From: Paramecium tetraurelia
Taxonomy: Eukaryota
Direction of reading: 5' to 3'
Length of the DNA stretch: 64,000 nucleotides
Assembly (NCBI GenBank): GCA_000165425.1
Contig: CT868669.1
Coordinates: 1 to 64,000, forward strand
Below are positions 52,950-64,000 of the stretch, in pieces. Both the position numbers and the translations under genes were made by a program. The notes beneath the pieces are model-generated. The model saw only the letters and a program-made list of their open reading frames with translations, was not told where the DNA came from and ran no database searches. The first letter of the stretch is position 1. Each line of letters opens with the position of its first letter.

Positions 52950-55098
52950 ATGCAATCAGAACTTGAGATTCAGGCAGTGATAGGGTTCACAGGTATATAA
53001 AATGTTTATAATCAAAGGAAAAATAATTTAGGGGCTAGTTTTGCATCCAGATAACGAAGTATGATTTAATATATTAACTCAAAGCATGTTATTTATCCAT
53101 TAGGCTCAACCATCGTAGTTAGACATATAATTACTAGACAATAAACATTTTTAAGGTATGGAAAAGTGTTATATTAAATTAGAGGACATGATAATTAGAT
53201 CTCTGTGATAACAGTTTCTCGAACTGGAGATTATGTTGCATCTGGATAAAAAACTTATATGGGATTCTAAGCAGACATTATAATATGGGATTTCAAAGAT
53301 AGAAGCATGATTCATAGATTGAAATTACATAAAGTGCTGATTTAATCACTCAGCTTTTCTTATAATGAATTATACTTGGCATCATTGGGAGGAATTGATG
53401 ATAAAAACATGTTGATTGTCTGGGATATCAAGGCTGGAAAGGCATTGTATGGAACTCCAAATCGTGATCCAGTCAATTAAGTCTAATTTTACAACTAATC
53501 CGATGAAAAAATGATAGCAGTTTTGAATACTGGAGTTTAGATCCTAACAATAGACAGATAAAATAAAAAGGTACTATGGAATATAATTTAAAGATTCAAT
53601 CCGTCGACGTGAGTTTTGGTAATGTCAAGAGAACCTTTACTTGTGTTGCAATAGATAAAAACGATAAATTTTGTTATTGCGGAACAAAAACTGGAGATGT
53701 CTTTGAGATTTAAATGGATATGGCCATTTATAAGAGATTGGCCCCAGTCAAGAAGTTGTTTTCTTAAGGAGTTAATTGCTTGGGTTTATTACAGAATGGC
53801 GACATAATAGTTGGAGCTGGAGATGGTATGATAGCCAAAGTGTCATTTCAAACAATGCAAATAGTGGCAAGCAGTGAATTGCTCGGAGGAGTGACATCTA
53901 TTTCCTTCACAAATGATTAGACTCATTTTTTCGCAGGAACACTTCAAAGCAATATTTATTGGTTGGACACAGAAAAATTGATACCAGAATTAAGAAATAC
54001 CTGCCATTACGAAAGAATTAATGATGTTGCTTTCCCTCATAATTATTCAGACGTATTTGCCACAAGTTCTTTGAATGATATCAGAGTTTGGAATGCTAAG
54101 AATAGACAAGAGTTACTTAGAATTTAAGTGCCAAATCTTGAGTGCTGGGCTGTTGCTTTTATGAATGACGGTAAAAGTATTGTTAGTGGTTGGAGTGATG
54201 GAAAGATCAGAGCCTTTTTACCACAATCAGGTAGATTGCTCTATGTAATTAATGATGCACACATCCATGGCTGTACATCATTGACTTGTACATCGGATTG
54301 CTAAAGAATCATTTCAGGAGGGTCTGAAGGAGAAGTAAGAGTATGGGAAATTGGAAAATAAACTTAAGTTATGAAATCTTCCATGAAAGAACATAGAGGA
54401 AGAGTATGGTCCATTTAAGTCAGAAGAAACAATGAGCAAGCAGTTAGTGCAAGTGCAGATGGGTCTTGTATTATTTGGGACCTTAAATCATTCACCAGAG
54501 TCATGTGTTTGTTTGAAAGTACTTTATTCAAAATGGTTTTGTATCATCCAGAAGAGAGTTAGTTATTGACTACAGGAAGTGATAGAAAAGTATCTAATCA
54601 TTTTATAAAAGATCACTTATTGGGAAACCTTCGATGGATAAGCTATCAGGATGTTAGATGGATCTGAGGAAGGAGAAGTTAATGCTTTGGCAATTACTAA
54701 AGAAGGAGAGCATTTTGTATCAGGAGGAGAAGACAAGGAAGTCAAATTATGGGGATATGATGAAGGAATCTGCTATTTTAAAGGTCAAGGCCATTCAGGT
54801 ACTATAACACGAGTAATTATCTATTTTAAATTAGATTACTATAAGTCCTGATTAGAAGACTATTATATCAGTTGGGGCAGAAGGAGCCATCTTTATTTGG
54901 AAGATGCCTGAATCTGTTATTAATTCTAAAGCATAATAAGAATTACCTACTGTTTAAAGTGTAAAAAAACAAAATGATATTCAATAATAATCTTAATAAT
55001 AACAATTATAATAATCAGTGGCTAAAGATGCTTAATCATAAAAATCAAATCAAAATGCTAAATCAGTCAAATCAGGAACAAAATCATCAAAAAAATGA
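52950..55098 (+). CDS. CFAP52: Cilia- and flagella-associated protein 52 (WD40 repeat, WDR16), about 667 aa
   Basis: The N-terminus ELEIQAVIGFTGKIIQGLVLHPDNEHVIYPLGSTIVV..QTFLRGHDN..ASGQKTYMGFQADIIIWD is characteristic of CFAP52. Six introns of 22-27 nt restore a 668-codon frame. Confidence 0.93.
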
Positions 55099-55211
55099 TA
55101 GAATTTCATTTACATTCATAATAAAGGATTTAAAATATATATTTTTTCTATTTGTTAGTCTAATTAAATTAAAAAAAAATTCTATTATGCATATTAAATT
55201 TTTTTATATAA

Positions 55212-58060
55212 TCATTTTTTAGCCTATCCAAATTAACTACCAACATTTTTATTACTTTCCAACAAACTACCAACGTGTGGATTACTTTCCAACAAACTAC
55301 CCTTATTGATATCACTTATTTTTATATTATCGGAGTCACCCTTTTTAATATCGGATTTTTTAACTGAATTTAATAAATTTTAGTTGACATAAGAATTCTA
55401 TTATGGCTAGAATTGGTATTATTACTATTACTATTATTACTATTATTATTATTTTTCATTCTAATTTTATTATACCTTTTATTGATTAATTTCTTATGTC
55501 AATCTAAGTTAATTTTATTATTATTCTTATAAATGAATTTAAATTTATTTCATAATGACTGTGTCTGTTAACTTGCTGATTTAACTGAAATCAATCTAAT
55601 TTAAATTATACTTTTTTAATATTTCGTCTTTAAGTGATAATTTTATTGTATTTGTTAAATTGACATAATCTTTATCATTCATAAGTTGAGTTTACATCAT
55701 CAATTACTGCTATTTTTTGCTTTCAGTTGTCTCTGCCACTAATCTTCTTGTCATTTCAAAAAGTTAGGTATTTGCTTATTAGTGTATTTTATTATCTAAG
55801 ATTTGAGGAATGCCATCAAGTAACTTCCCTTCCCAAATTTAGTTTTCACTTTTTGGAATAGATGAACTGTAACAAAGGTATTAAGTAAACTAAAAAAAGC
55901 CAATAATAATATCAACTATTGCCAAATATCCAAAGAGTCCAATCAAAATATAACCACAATAATTGTAGTAAGACTCAATAGCAATGAAAGTGTAAAAGAG
56001 AATAAAATTCAACAACAGTTGTGAACCTAGTTTTCTTTTCTCATTACTCCTCTACCTAGCTGATGTTATCTATCTAGGTAGTTAGAAGAACTGCCAAAAA
56101 TATGATATCATAGAAAATCTAACAAAAAGCCAAACTATTCCCAATCTTTTTGTAATTAACTGATACAAAAACGTAATAAACGCCATAATCCATAAAGCGA
56201 TTTCAAATTCTGATTATTCGTTTATAATTTTTCTTCCATGGACCAGTATCAAATTTGCGTAAATAAATAGTACTACTCCAAAATCTAAATAATTTTAAGT
56301 TTCAATTATGTAGCCCATGTATAAACTTATGTATTTCAATTAAGGAAATTTATACAAATAAAAAAGTTCATTTTCTTTCATCTATTCCTTCTTTATTTCC
56401 TTAGTTCCCTTTTCAATATATTCATCCTCTTGGATTTCAAAATTAATTATATTGTATTCATTCTATTCTTACATAAGCATAATATCAATATTAGAGGAAT
56501 TTACTGTTTTAAAACTAAATTCCTGTTTTTCATTCTTTTAACCCATCAAGGCAACTTCTTATTAATAACCTTTCTCAATGATTTTGTCATTAAAATGATA
56601 GAGCTGGGTTAGTAGGAGGAATAACAAAATGTTAATGGAATAGAGAATCGGCAATGCAACAGCTAAAGCAGTATATCCAACGGATTCATCAAGCAAGTTA
56701 TAAATTAATTGATACGGACATTAAAATGAAAAGAAAAGACCTAATTCAATTGAAGCATATAATTACATATTGAAATCGCAAAGTAATTATGGAAAACTTA
56801 GATTTTTGCAATAAACCATTGGAACACATTTCTAAATAAATGGAATCTGCATTTCCTCAGTTAATCATTGATATTCCTTTTGTATTGGCAAAATTAATTG
56901 AATACATTCTCAAATTAGTTTTCATTAAATTTTTATTCAACAATGCATTATGTAATAAATTTTAATTCTTTACCTGAATGTTCATTCATAAGTCTAGGTA
57001 ATATTGAATTATATCCTAAAGCCCATGAATTATCGATCTATTCATTATCAAGCATACGTATATAATCATCAACTGTAGGTTCTATTCGCTCCCATTAATA
57101 AATGCAAGAAAGGGGATTATGAAATTATTTAATTTTAAACATGGAGTCTATTTTAAAAGCGATGTCTGCAAAATTTCCTTATGAAGTGTTCCAAAATCTC
57201 CCTTTATAACTTAATTTTTTAAAACATTAAATTCCAAAATATTTAGGTTCCTTTGCCAAAATTTCAAACAACTATATGATATTTATTTCTTGACTAAAAA
57301 TTTCGTTACTAGATGCAATCGCAACAAACTTTGGTTAAATCAATTTTAGAATCCCTTAATAAACCCACTTAATCAGATCTAATTTGTTTAGTTCTCTTGC
57401 GAAAACAAAATAATAGCCTATTTAACCTTTAATTTAAAAATAGATGCAATGATGGGTCGATGTCATAAACTTTTAATGAAAAGGAAGGTATTTTGTTTAA
57501 TAAAAATTTAGAAAAAAGTCCTCTTTGGACCTCATTAGTTTCTTAAATGCAGATTTACCATTTATTAATACGATTGGTTTTACTTTGTATTGATTGTTAT
57601 ATACCTCCATCTGATGATTTAAACTTTCAAAATCTTCATTTTAATAAATTAGTATCGCAACATTTGATCCAGGTAATAAACTACTCTATTCTTGTTTTGG
57701 CTATATTATCTTAGTGCAAAATTCTTTTTAAAAGCCATATTAACCTGCATTAGGTTAGAGAGATTTCGGACCAAAAATATCGGTAGGTAAAACATCTTCT
57801 ATGTTTTTTTATATTTTTTGTGTTATTCTTTGTGTATTTTCTAGTGGTTGTTAAACAAAATCGATATATTTTTTCATATATTCTATTTTTTTCTAGAGCT
57901 GAAGCTATTGAGTTTGCGATATAAATTGGAGGATTCCAAACTTATCAAGTGATAGTGGGAAAGCATGATATTATTTACTTTTTTAATCTTCTAATTCTAT
58001 TTGAAAAGGAATGTCATCTTTCTCATCAAATATTATTGTACAGTCTATTTCTATAAACAT
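55212..58060 (-). CDS. 940-aa membrane protein resembling a degenerate chitin synthase (GT2) lacking catalytic motifs
   Basis: Intact frame with one 26-nt intron (56741-56766). Segments ILIYQNEDFESL, KLDLIKWVYQGILKLIQPKFVAI and IDSMF..HNPLSCIYQWERI precede several TM helices and a Gln-rich tail. The CDS is solid; the family assignment is inferred. Confidence 0.7.
55236..55301 (-). repeat. 30-bp coding tandem repeat (GSLLESNxxV, about 2.3 units)
   Basis: attactttccaacaaactacc recurs at a 30-bp period in the C-terminus of the 55212-58060 gene. Confidence 0.85.
55419..55451 (-). repeat. Poly-Gln tract of 11 consecutive TAA/TAG codons
   Basis: In frame: taa taa taa tag taa taa tag taa tag taa taa. 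Confidence 0.9.
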
Positions 58061-58342
58061 AATTATTAAATTTAATATTTATTATTGATCTATTAAATAT
58101 TAGCTAGAAGAGAGAATTGAGCTTTTCTATCTAATAAATCACTTGTTTTATTTAAATTTAAAAACACCATAGATTAGCTATTACATAAAGAGTTATCTTA
58201 GGACCTATATAGATGTTTACATAATTGTATTATATAACTTTCAAGAAGATTTTCTTCATAATTGAGATTTATATTTTATATATAAATATATTTAATAATT
58301 ATGTGTGTAATTTTAAAATAATGATATATTAATAATAAAATA

Positions 58343-59449
58343 ATGGCAGAACAATCAAAATTCACACATCCCTTCCCTAAATTGCTATTTGATGACAGTC
58401 ACATTCAATTTAAAAAATACTCGAAATATATTATAGATACAGATGCTGGATCTGATGATGCTCATGCAATTCTCATTGCCTCTTACATTCTTAAATATAT
58501 TAGAACGGATGCAGAATTGATTGGAATTACAGCAGTGGCAGGTAATGCTGCACTTGAAAATGTGATAAAAAATGTAATCTATCTAATTTAATACTCAAGG
58601 TGTATATTACAACTAGAATTGGACATTTTGGCGATAATCCTCCTAAAATATACAAGGGATGCAGAACAGATACATTGAGGAGGTTTTACAGAGATAATTA
58701 CTTTTTGGAAGATGGATTAGGCGGATAACAATAGAGATTATTAACTGAATTAGGATTGTAAGATAAACCATTGGAATATTTCCATGAAAAACAACATGCT
58801 TGTGATTTCATAAAAGATTCAGTTTACAAATACGGAGAGGACTTATGTATAATTTGTATTGGTCCAATGACTAACATTTATTTAACACTGTAAATGTATC
58901 CAGACATTGTCGATAAGCTTGGATGTTTATTTGCCATGGGAGGAACATATATGGGAGTAGGCAATGCAGCAAATTCAGTAGCGGAGTTTAATGTGCAAAC
59001 TGATGTTGAAGCAACAGCAGCAGTGGCTATGGCAAAGTTTAAATAAAAGATCTTATTGCCATTTGATGTCGTTTTAGCTTACACTTTAGATAAACAGAAT
59101 GGCAAAGTCATCTTTGAGAATGGAGCTAATACAAAGAAATCTCAATTTGTTGAAAGCACCTTCAAAGCTGTTAGTCATGATGGAAATTACATTCTTTGTG
59201 ATGGTATATTAATTTAAAAATCCTATTGTAGAATTGGCTGTAATGGTAGCATTAGTGCCAAGTTTGATAATTTATTCTTTATAAAAGAATATATCTATTG
59301 TGTCTGATGGACAGGCAAGAGGATAAGTTATCATTGATTGGTTGACATTGATGAGAGGAAATCAAAAGTCAATCGTCAGCATTCTAACAGCTTTTGAATG
59401 GGATTCTGTTATTGAGATAGCCACTAAGGCTAATTTGGATCAATAATGA
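58343..59449 (+). CDS. Nucleoside hydrolase (IU-NH family), 350 aa
   Basis: Motifs IIDTDAGSDDAHAI, GITAVAGN, DGLG, CIGPMTNI, MGG..GN..AEFNVQTDVEA and ILCDELA. Introns at 58574-58599 and 59204-59231. Confidence 0.95.
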
Positions 59450-59485
59450 CATATAAAGATCAAATATTAATTTAAGAATTAAAAT

Positions 59486-60810
59486 TCATAACTCGAATTC
59501 ATATTATTCTTCAATTTTTTTTGGTTAATAATTTAGCAAATCTCCTGGATCATCCACTTTCAATATTTTATTAATAAAAGGGATCAAGTATATAAGAAGG
59601 AGAGTCAATTCCAAAAAGTAAAATAAACCAATACAAAAAAACTGAACAAAAATATTACTATCAATGGAGAGTAAATATTGTTTTGTTTGCTTTCTACAAT
59701 AGTATGGTATCATCAAACCTATTACTAATATGATTGTTCTTATTATTCCTTTTTTAGTAAAGAATTTATGACTGTAAAGTTAAGGTTCATAAATCCCTTT
59801 TTTATATAGTAAACTAATTAAGATAAAATATGGAAATGAAATTATTGATATTCCAATTATATCATGTTTTTCAAAAGAATTATTATAATACTTATCGTTA
59901 CACTTTTATTGAAAGTCAGCCACTTCCTTCCAATTCTACTTGAGTTGAACAAGAATCTACGAATTAATGCAGCCGTAATATATCATAAATGATGCTGTGA
60001 TAGTCAAAATCAAATAAATTATCAGAACTATTTATTGCCTCTTAAAAGGCTCTTTCTATATTGCTTAAATCAACAGCTCTATTATTTTATTTTGCATTCC
60101 ACAACTATAGAAAATAAATAACAAGTATAATCCCATAATCCATCCAAGCATAACTTAATTCAAAAAATGAACCCCAAAATAGACTCTGGCTATTCCTGTA
60201 AATAAAATAAAAAAAATTAACATTGAGTATTTTATTATGCGATTCTTCCAACTAATCTCATTTGATTAGCTTTACTCAGGTTGAATCATTAAATATAATT
60301 CTTCTGATTAAACTTAATGAGAGTTTTCTGATTGTTGACTATCTTGAGTTTACAACATGTTAAATAAAATGACATAAAATACTAATGCCCTGCAAGCATG
60401 TCCACTAGGACCTCCAAAACCATATTAGCAAAAATCCAATTAAATTGTATTATCAATGTAAAAAGGCCTTGGCTATTAAAGTATCATTTTCACAAAGTCC
60501 CCAAAGAATGACGAAATAGAATACATTATTATTAACTATAAAGTTTACAACTTATTTGCCTACTTCAACCAGAAGAAGATCAAAGTATAATACATTATAC
60601 TCCTATCCCCCAAGGTAGAAAATACATAAAATGTTAGTTCTTTTATTTGCATTAATAATTACCAATGAATCCCCTAAAGCTTCCAAATTCAAATTATCCT
60701 TATAGAAATATAGTGAAGCGGTTGCTCATTTCAAATGATAAATATCCAAAACTATAATCTAAATAGATATAGAGAATCAAGATTAGCGTTGAAATACTAA
60801 ATTTTATCAT
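59486..60810 (-). CDS. PAP2-superfamily membrane phosphatase (G6Pase/lipid phosphatase-like), 433 aa
   Basis: Motifs KMILQQPRP, GPSGHA and ARVYFGVHFLNQV; multiple TM helices; one 23-nt intron near 60640-60662. Confidence 0.9.
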
Positions 60811-60854
60811 AATAAATTAATCTCAAATATTACAAATTATGAAATTAAATATCA

Positions 60855-62351
60855 TCATATATTTACATTGTAAAACTCTCTAATTTCCTATTCTATTATT
60901 GTAAATATTTCCTCTCTTAATATTTGAATGCTGTTTTTATCATCCTCTTTCATGGAACAGAGTCTCACCTTATTCATATTGTTCTAGTTTTTAATGATTG
61001 AAGATAATTGATAGGCATTTTCTTTCAGCGTAATAATTATCATAATTGTTGGTAAAATAAGTTCTAATCTAATTTTTAGATATTTACAATGACTTAAAAA
61101 TAGCTTTAACTTTTCAGCGTCTGCGATCTCCTCTAAGATTAGTAATAATCCAACTGTGAAATTAGGTTTGAATAGTTCAGATTATTTAACTATTTCAAAT
61201 AACGCAGGAGTTAATTAAACCTTAGTTCCAAATTCAATTTCCTTTTTAGTTTTAGTGTAATCAGCACAAATTTCTTGAATTCCATTTGAATCTTTGGAAA
61301 TCTCAAAACTTTAATATATACAACATTTTTACTAGTCTTTTAGGGTTTATTGATAGGTGCCACCAAAACCAAAGAGCTTCCCTGAATTTGTTTAATTATA
61401 CTAAAATAGTTATGATCCAATCAGGGTCAGGACTTGTTAAAAAATGTTTAATTATTAGTGAGACATGTGATGTAATTTGATTGAGTTCTAAGTGAATTCA
61501 AAAAAAATATTGGTTTATATTTGAGTTTTTGCAATCTAACTTAAAAAATTTCGATTTTGATTTATTTTAAATGATAGCAATTTCAATGAACCACAGGAGG
61601 CCTATTATTTCAATATAGTCATTTACATGATTGTGGTTGTATAATTCAAAAGTTTTGGACTGAGATGCCATTATGTCAGATATAGAAATTTCTAAGCTTC
61701 CTATAAATTTATGTTTTGGGGGATTCTTTTTGGAATGATCCCAACATTCTATTTTAAAATTCTTGGATTCATCTTAAAAATTCATCAAGCCCATTTCTAA
61801 TTAGAATGGCATCCAAGTTGGATTTAAATTACTTTCAATATATTCTGTCTAATGGATTTGATTCCACTATTCTCCATCCCATTAATGAAATTACAGGAAT
61901 GGATCTGAACGACCAAATAATCCATCTGTGTTTAGCAGCTTGACTCCTGCCCAATGCTGGTATACTAAGTTCCCTTGCTATAGCAATTATGATTATAATT
62001 ATATTGAATAATAACTATTTTCTTTGACTTGGGTTTCTTTCTACAATAATTCCCCCAGTGAAAACTAAATATTCCATAGTATGTTACATATATTGATCCA
62101 ATGGAAGCTTTTTTGTCAAGGCATACATCTATCCTATAGCTTTGAAACTTTTTAAAATCAAAGTTAGCCTAAAATGAGGATTTCCAAAAATCATTTTCCT
62201 ATTCCATTATAAGTGCCTAATTCACAATCTTAAATATCTGTTCACTTGATTCTTTGTATGCCAGAGAAACTGTAACTTCTTTTGGCTTGAATCCCTTCAA
62301 GAACAGCGTAATTCCAACAGAAATGTTTTTAAATATACTATCTTATTTCAT
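60855..62351 (-). CDS. Divergent copine-like protein (two C2 domains plus a degenerate vWA domain)
   Basis: C2B reads LLNTDGLFGRSDPFL..TEYIESNLNPTW..KIECWDH..FIG. vWA-like remnants IFFEFTQNS, LFGFGG and FTVGLLLILEEIAD. Introns at 62065-62087 and 61602-61626, plus a probable 24-nt intron near 61065-61088. Confidence 0.8.
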
Positions 62352-62934
62352 CACCACTCAAAATGATATTAATAATTATTAATGGATTTTGATGTATTTA
62401 AGAAAAATAAAAAATAATAATTCAATTTATTAATATAATACAAAAATTCAAAATATTCAGTTAACATATTCTCATAATTATTGTGAGTGAATCAATAATA
62501 ATTGAATAGAACTATATAATAGATTATAAGTATGTATATTATTAAATTCCCTTAAAGTTGGTGAATCTAATTAATAGAGCATATCTTTTGATTATATACG
62601 AATATATATGTGAAATATGTCAAATTCAACAATTTATGTCGTTATAAACCAAACGAAGCTTTAATTTCTAATGATTATTAAGATAATAATTTTTATCAGA
62701 TTTCAGCATAATTAATTGTGTAACAATATTAATAAAATAAAATGTTCTCAATTTAATTATAATCAATCTAATATAATTTGGGAATTTAATACTCAAACAT
62801 TAGGAACACTCTCAATCTGCAACTTTTTATGAATTCCAAAATAATTTAAGTTTAAGGCTCTATGATTGTTAAGTAACGGACTCATAATTTTTTAAAATAA
62901 TTAAATAATGGCATTAGATAATATATATAAAAAT

Positions 62935-63985
62935 TCAAATCCAAGGGAGTAATTTATAACCGCAAGGTTGGGAATTTTTATAGTGGGGAGTTTCAATATA
63001 TTTCAGTGATTTTTAAAAAAGTTGATATTCCTCCTCTGTGTTCTTCTTATTAAAGTAGTCTATCTAGTTCAGATAGAGTCTTTGGGGATTTAATAGATGG
63101 GATTTCAACGGTTCGTCTAATTTGAATATCCAGAACTCTATGAAGACAATTTAATTCGGATTGACTTGTGTTCTTTTGAACATCTATCTTTGCTCAATTC
63201 GGCACTTGTATTGAGCTCCCTCGTATGTGTTTATATATTGATCAAAATATTAAACACTAGAGATGGATCCAATAGTGAGATCACACCACATCTTTAATGA
63301 GGCACCTATATCAAATATTGAGGGGAGTGTTTTAGTTTCATGGAGATGGTTAAACATCATATCAGAAGTCACTCCCATCAGAGTGTAAAATTGATCGTTG
63401 ACTATTCTTTGTGAAAGTGAACTATTGTCCTTGTTCACTTTTTAAATTATACATTGATATGGGTAGTCTTTAGCTATTTATTCAACTTCCAACAATTCTT
63501 CATTTGATATATAGTAATGTTGTGTGTATTCATTAAGTATGTTAAATCTTTAGTTTACAAGTTGGATCGCCAGTTAAGCGCATGGGTCGTCCTTATGAGA
63601 CAGAATATTAATAATTTATTCAATTGAATAGTTGTCTTGGTCGAGAAGTTCGAGAGTGTAGAAATAGACATCACCAAGTTAATCAGTGCGAGTAACTCTG
63701 TGGTTGTAGGTACAAGGAGTCTCTTTCAAACTTCCCAAACAGTGGTCAGGTATGTAAGAGAGAGCTAACTTTAGTTCCACATCCGCTTTAACAAAGACGT
63801 ATTCTCCAACGGATTTTGGCACTGATACGATACAAATCAATTATTTGATAGGCTAGCGCTTATGATAAGCATTTTCTATCGATTATTGATATATAATTAC
63901 TCTTTTTATTTACACTTTTGGATTATAACGAGATACTAGTCGACTCATCGTGCATGCTAACACGTTGCCTTACAATTTTACTCAT
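62935..63985 (-). CDS. Uncharacterised protein of about 341 aa; may extend beyond the window edge
   Basis: Open frame MSKIVRQRVSMH...QPCGYKLLPWI* with one 25-nt intron near 63876-63900. An acceptor-like tttag at the window end could indicate an upstream exon. Confidence 0.8.
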
Positions 63986-64000
63986 TGCAAAATACCTAAA

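Noticed and set aside
3541..63438. Most entries of the supplied ORF track
   Set aside because: They were computed with TAA/TAG as stops and without introns. Most are off-frame or antisense to real genes; the rest are fragments of larger genes.

Overview
AT-rich ciliate macronuclear-type DNA, almost certainly Paramecium. TAA and TAG read as Gln, TGA is the only stop, and introns are 21-28 nt GT-AG. The supplied standard-code ORF track is therefore fragmentary, so I re-read the genes by hand. Positions 1-9 kb are decayed gene relics: WD40-family C-terminal remnants, Cys-rich pseudogenes and a 12-bp minisatellite. Positions 9-51 kb hold four giant or large Cys-rich multi-pass surface proteins: a furin-repeat/REJ/GPS-like protein, two paralogous LamG-like/beta-helix/TM proteins and a Myxococcus-type Cys-repeat protein. 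The same stretch has a MORN-like repeat pseudogene, a BI-1-like membrane protein and a GH38 alpha-mannosidase. Positions 52-64 kb are a compact block: LITAF protein, CFAP52/WDR16, a protein that looks like a catalytically dead chitin synthase, nucleoside hydrolase, PAP2 phosphatase, a divergent copine and an unknown protein. There are four 150-N gaps, and several local indels are probably sequencing errors. I saw no rRNA, tRNA, CRISPR array, telomeric array or clear retained IES. All family assignments come from motif recognition, not database searches.
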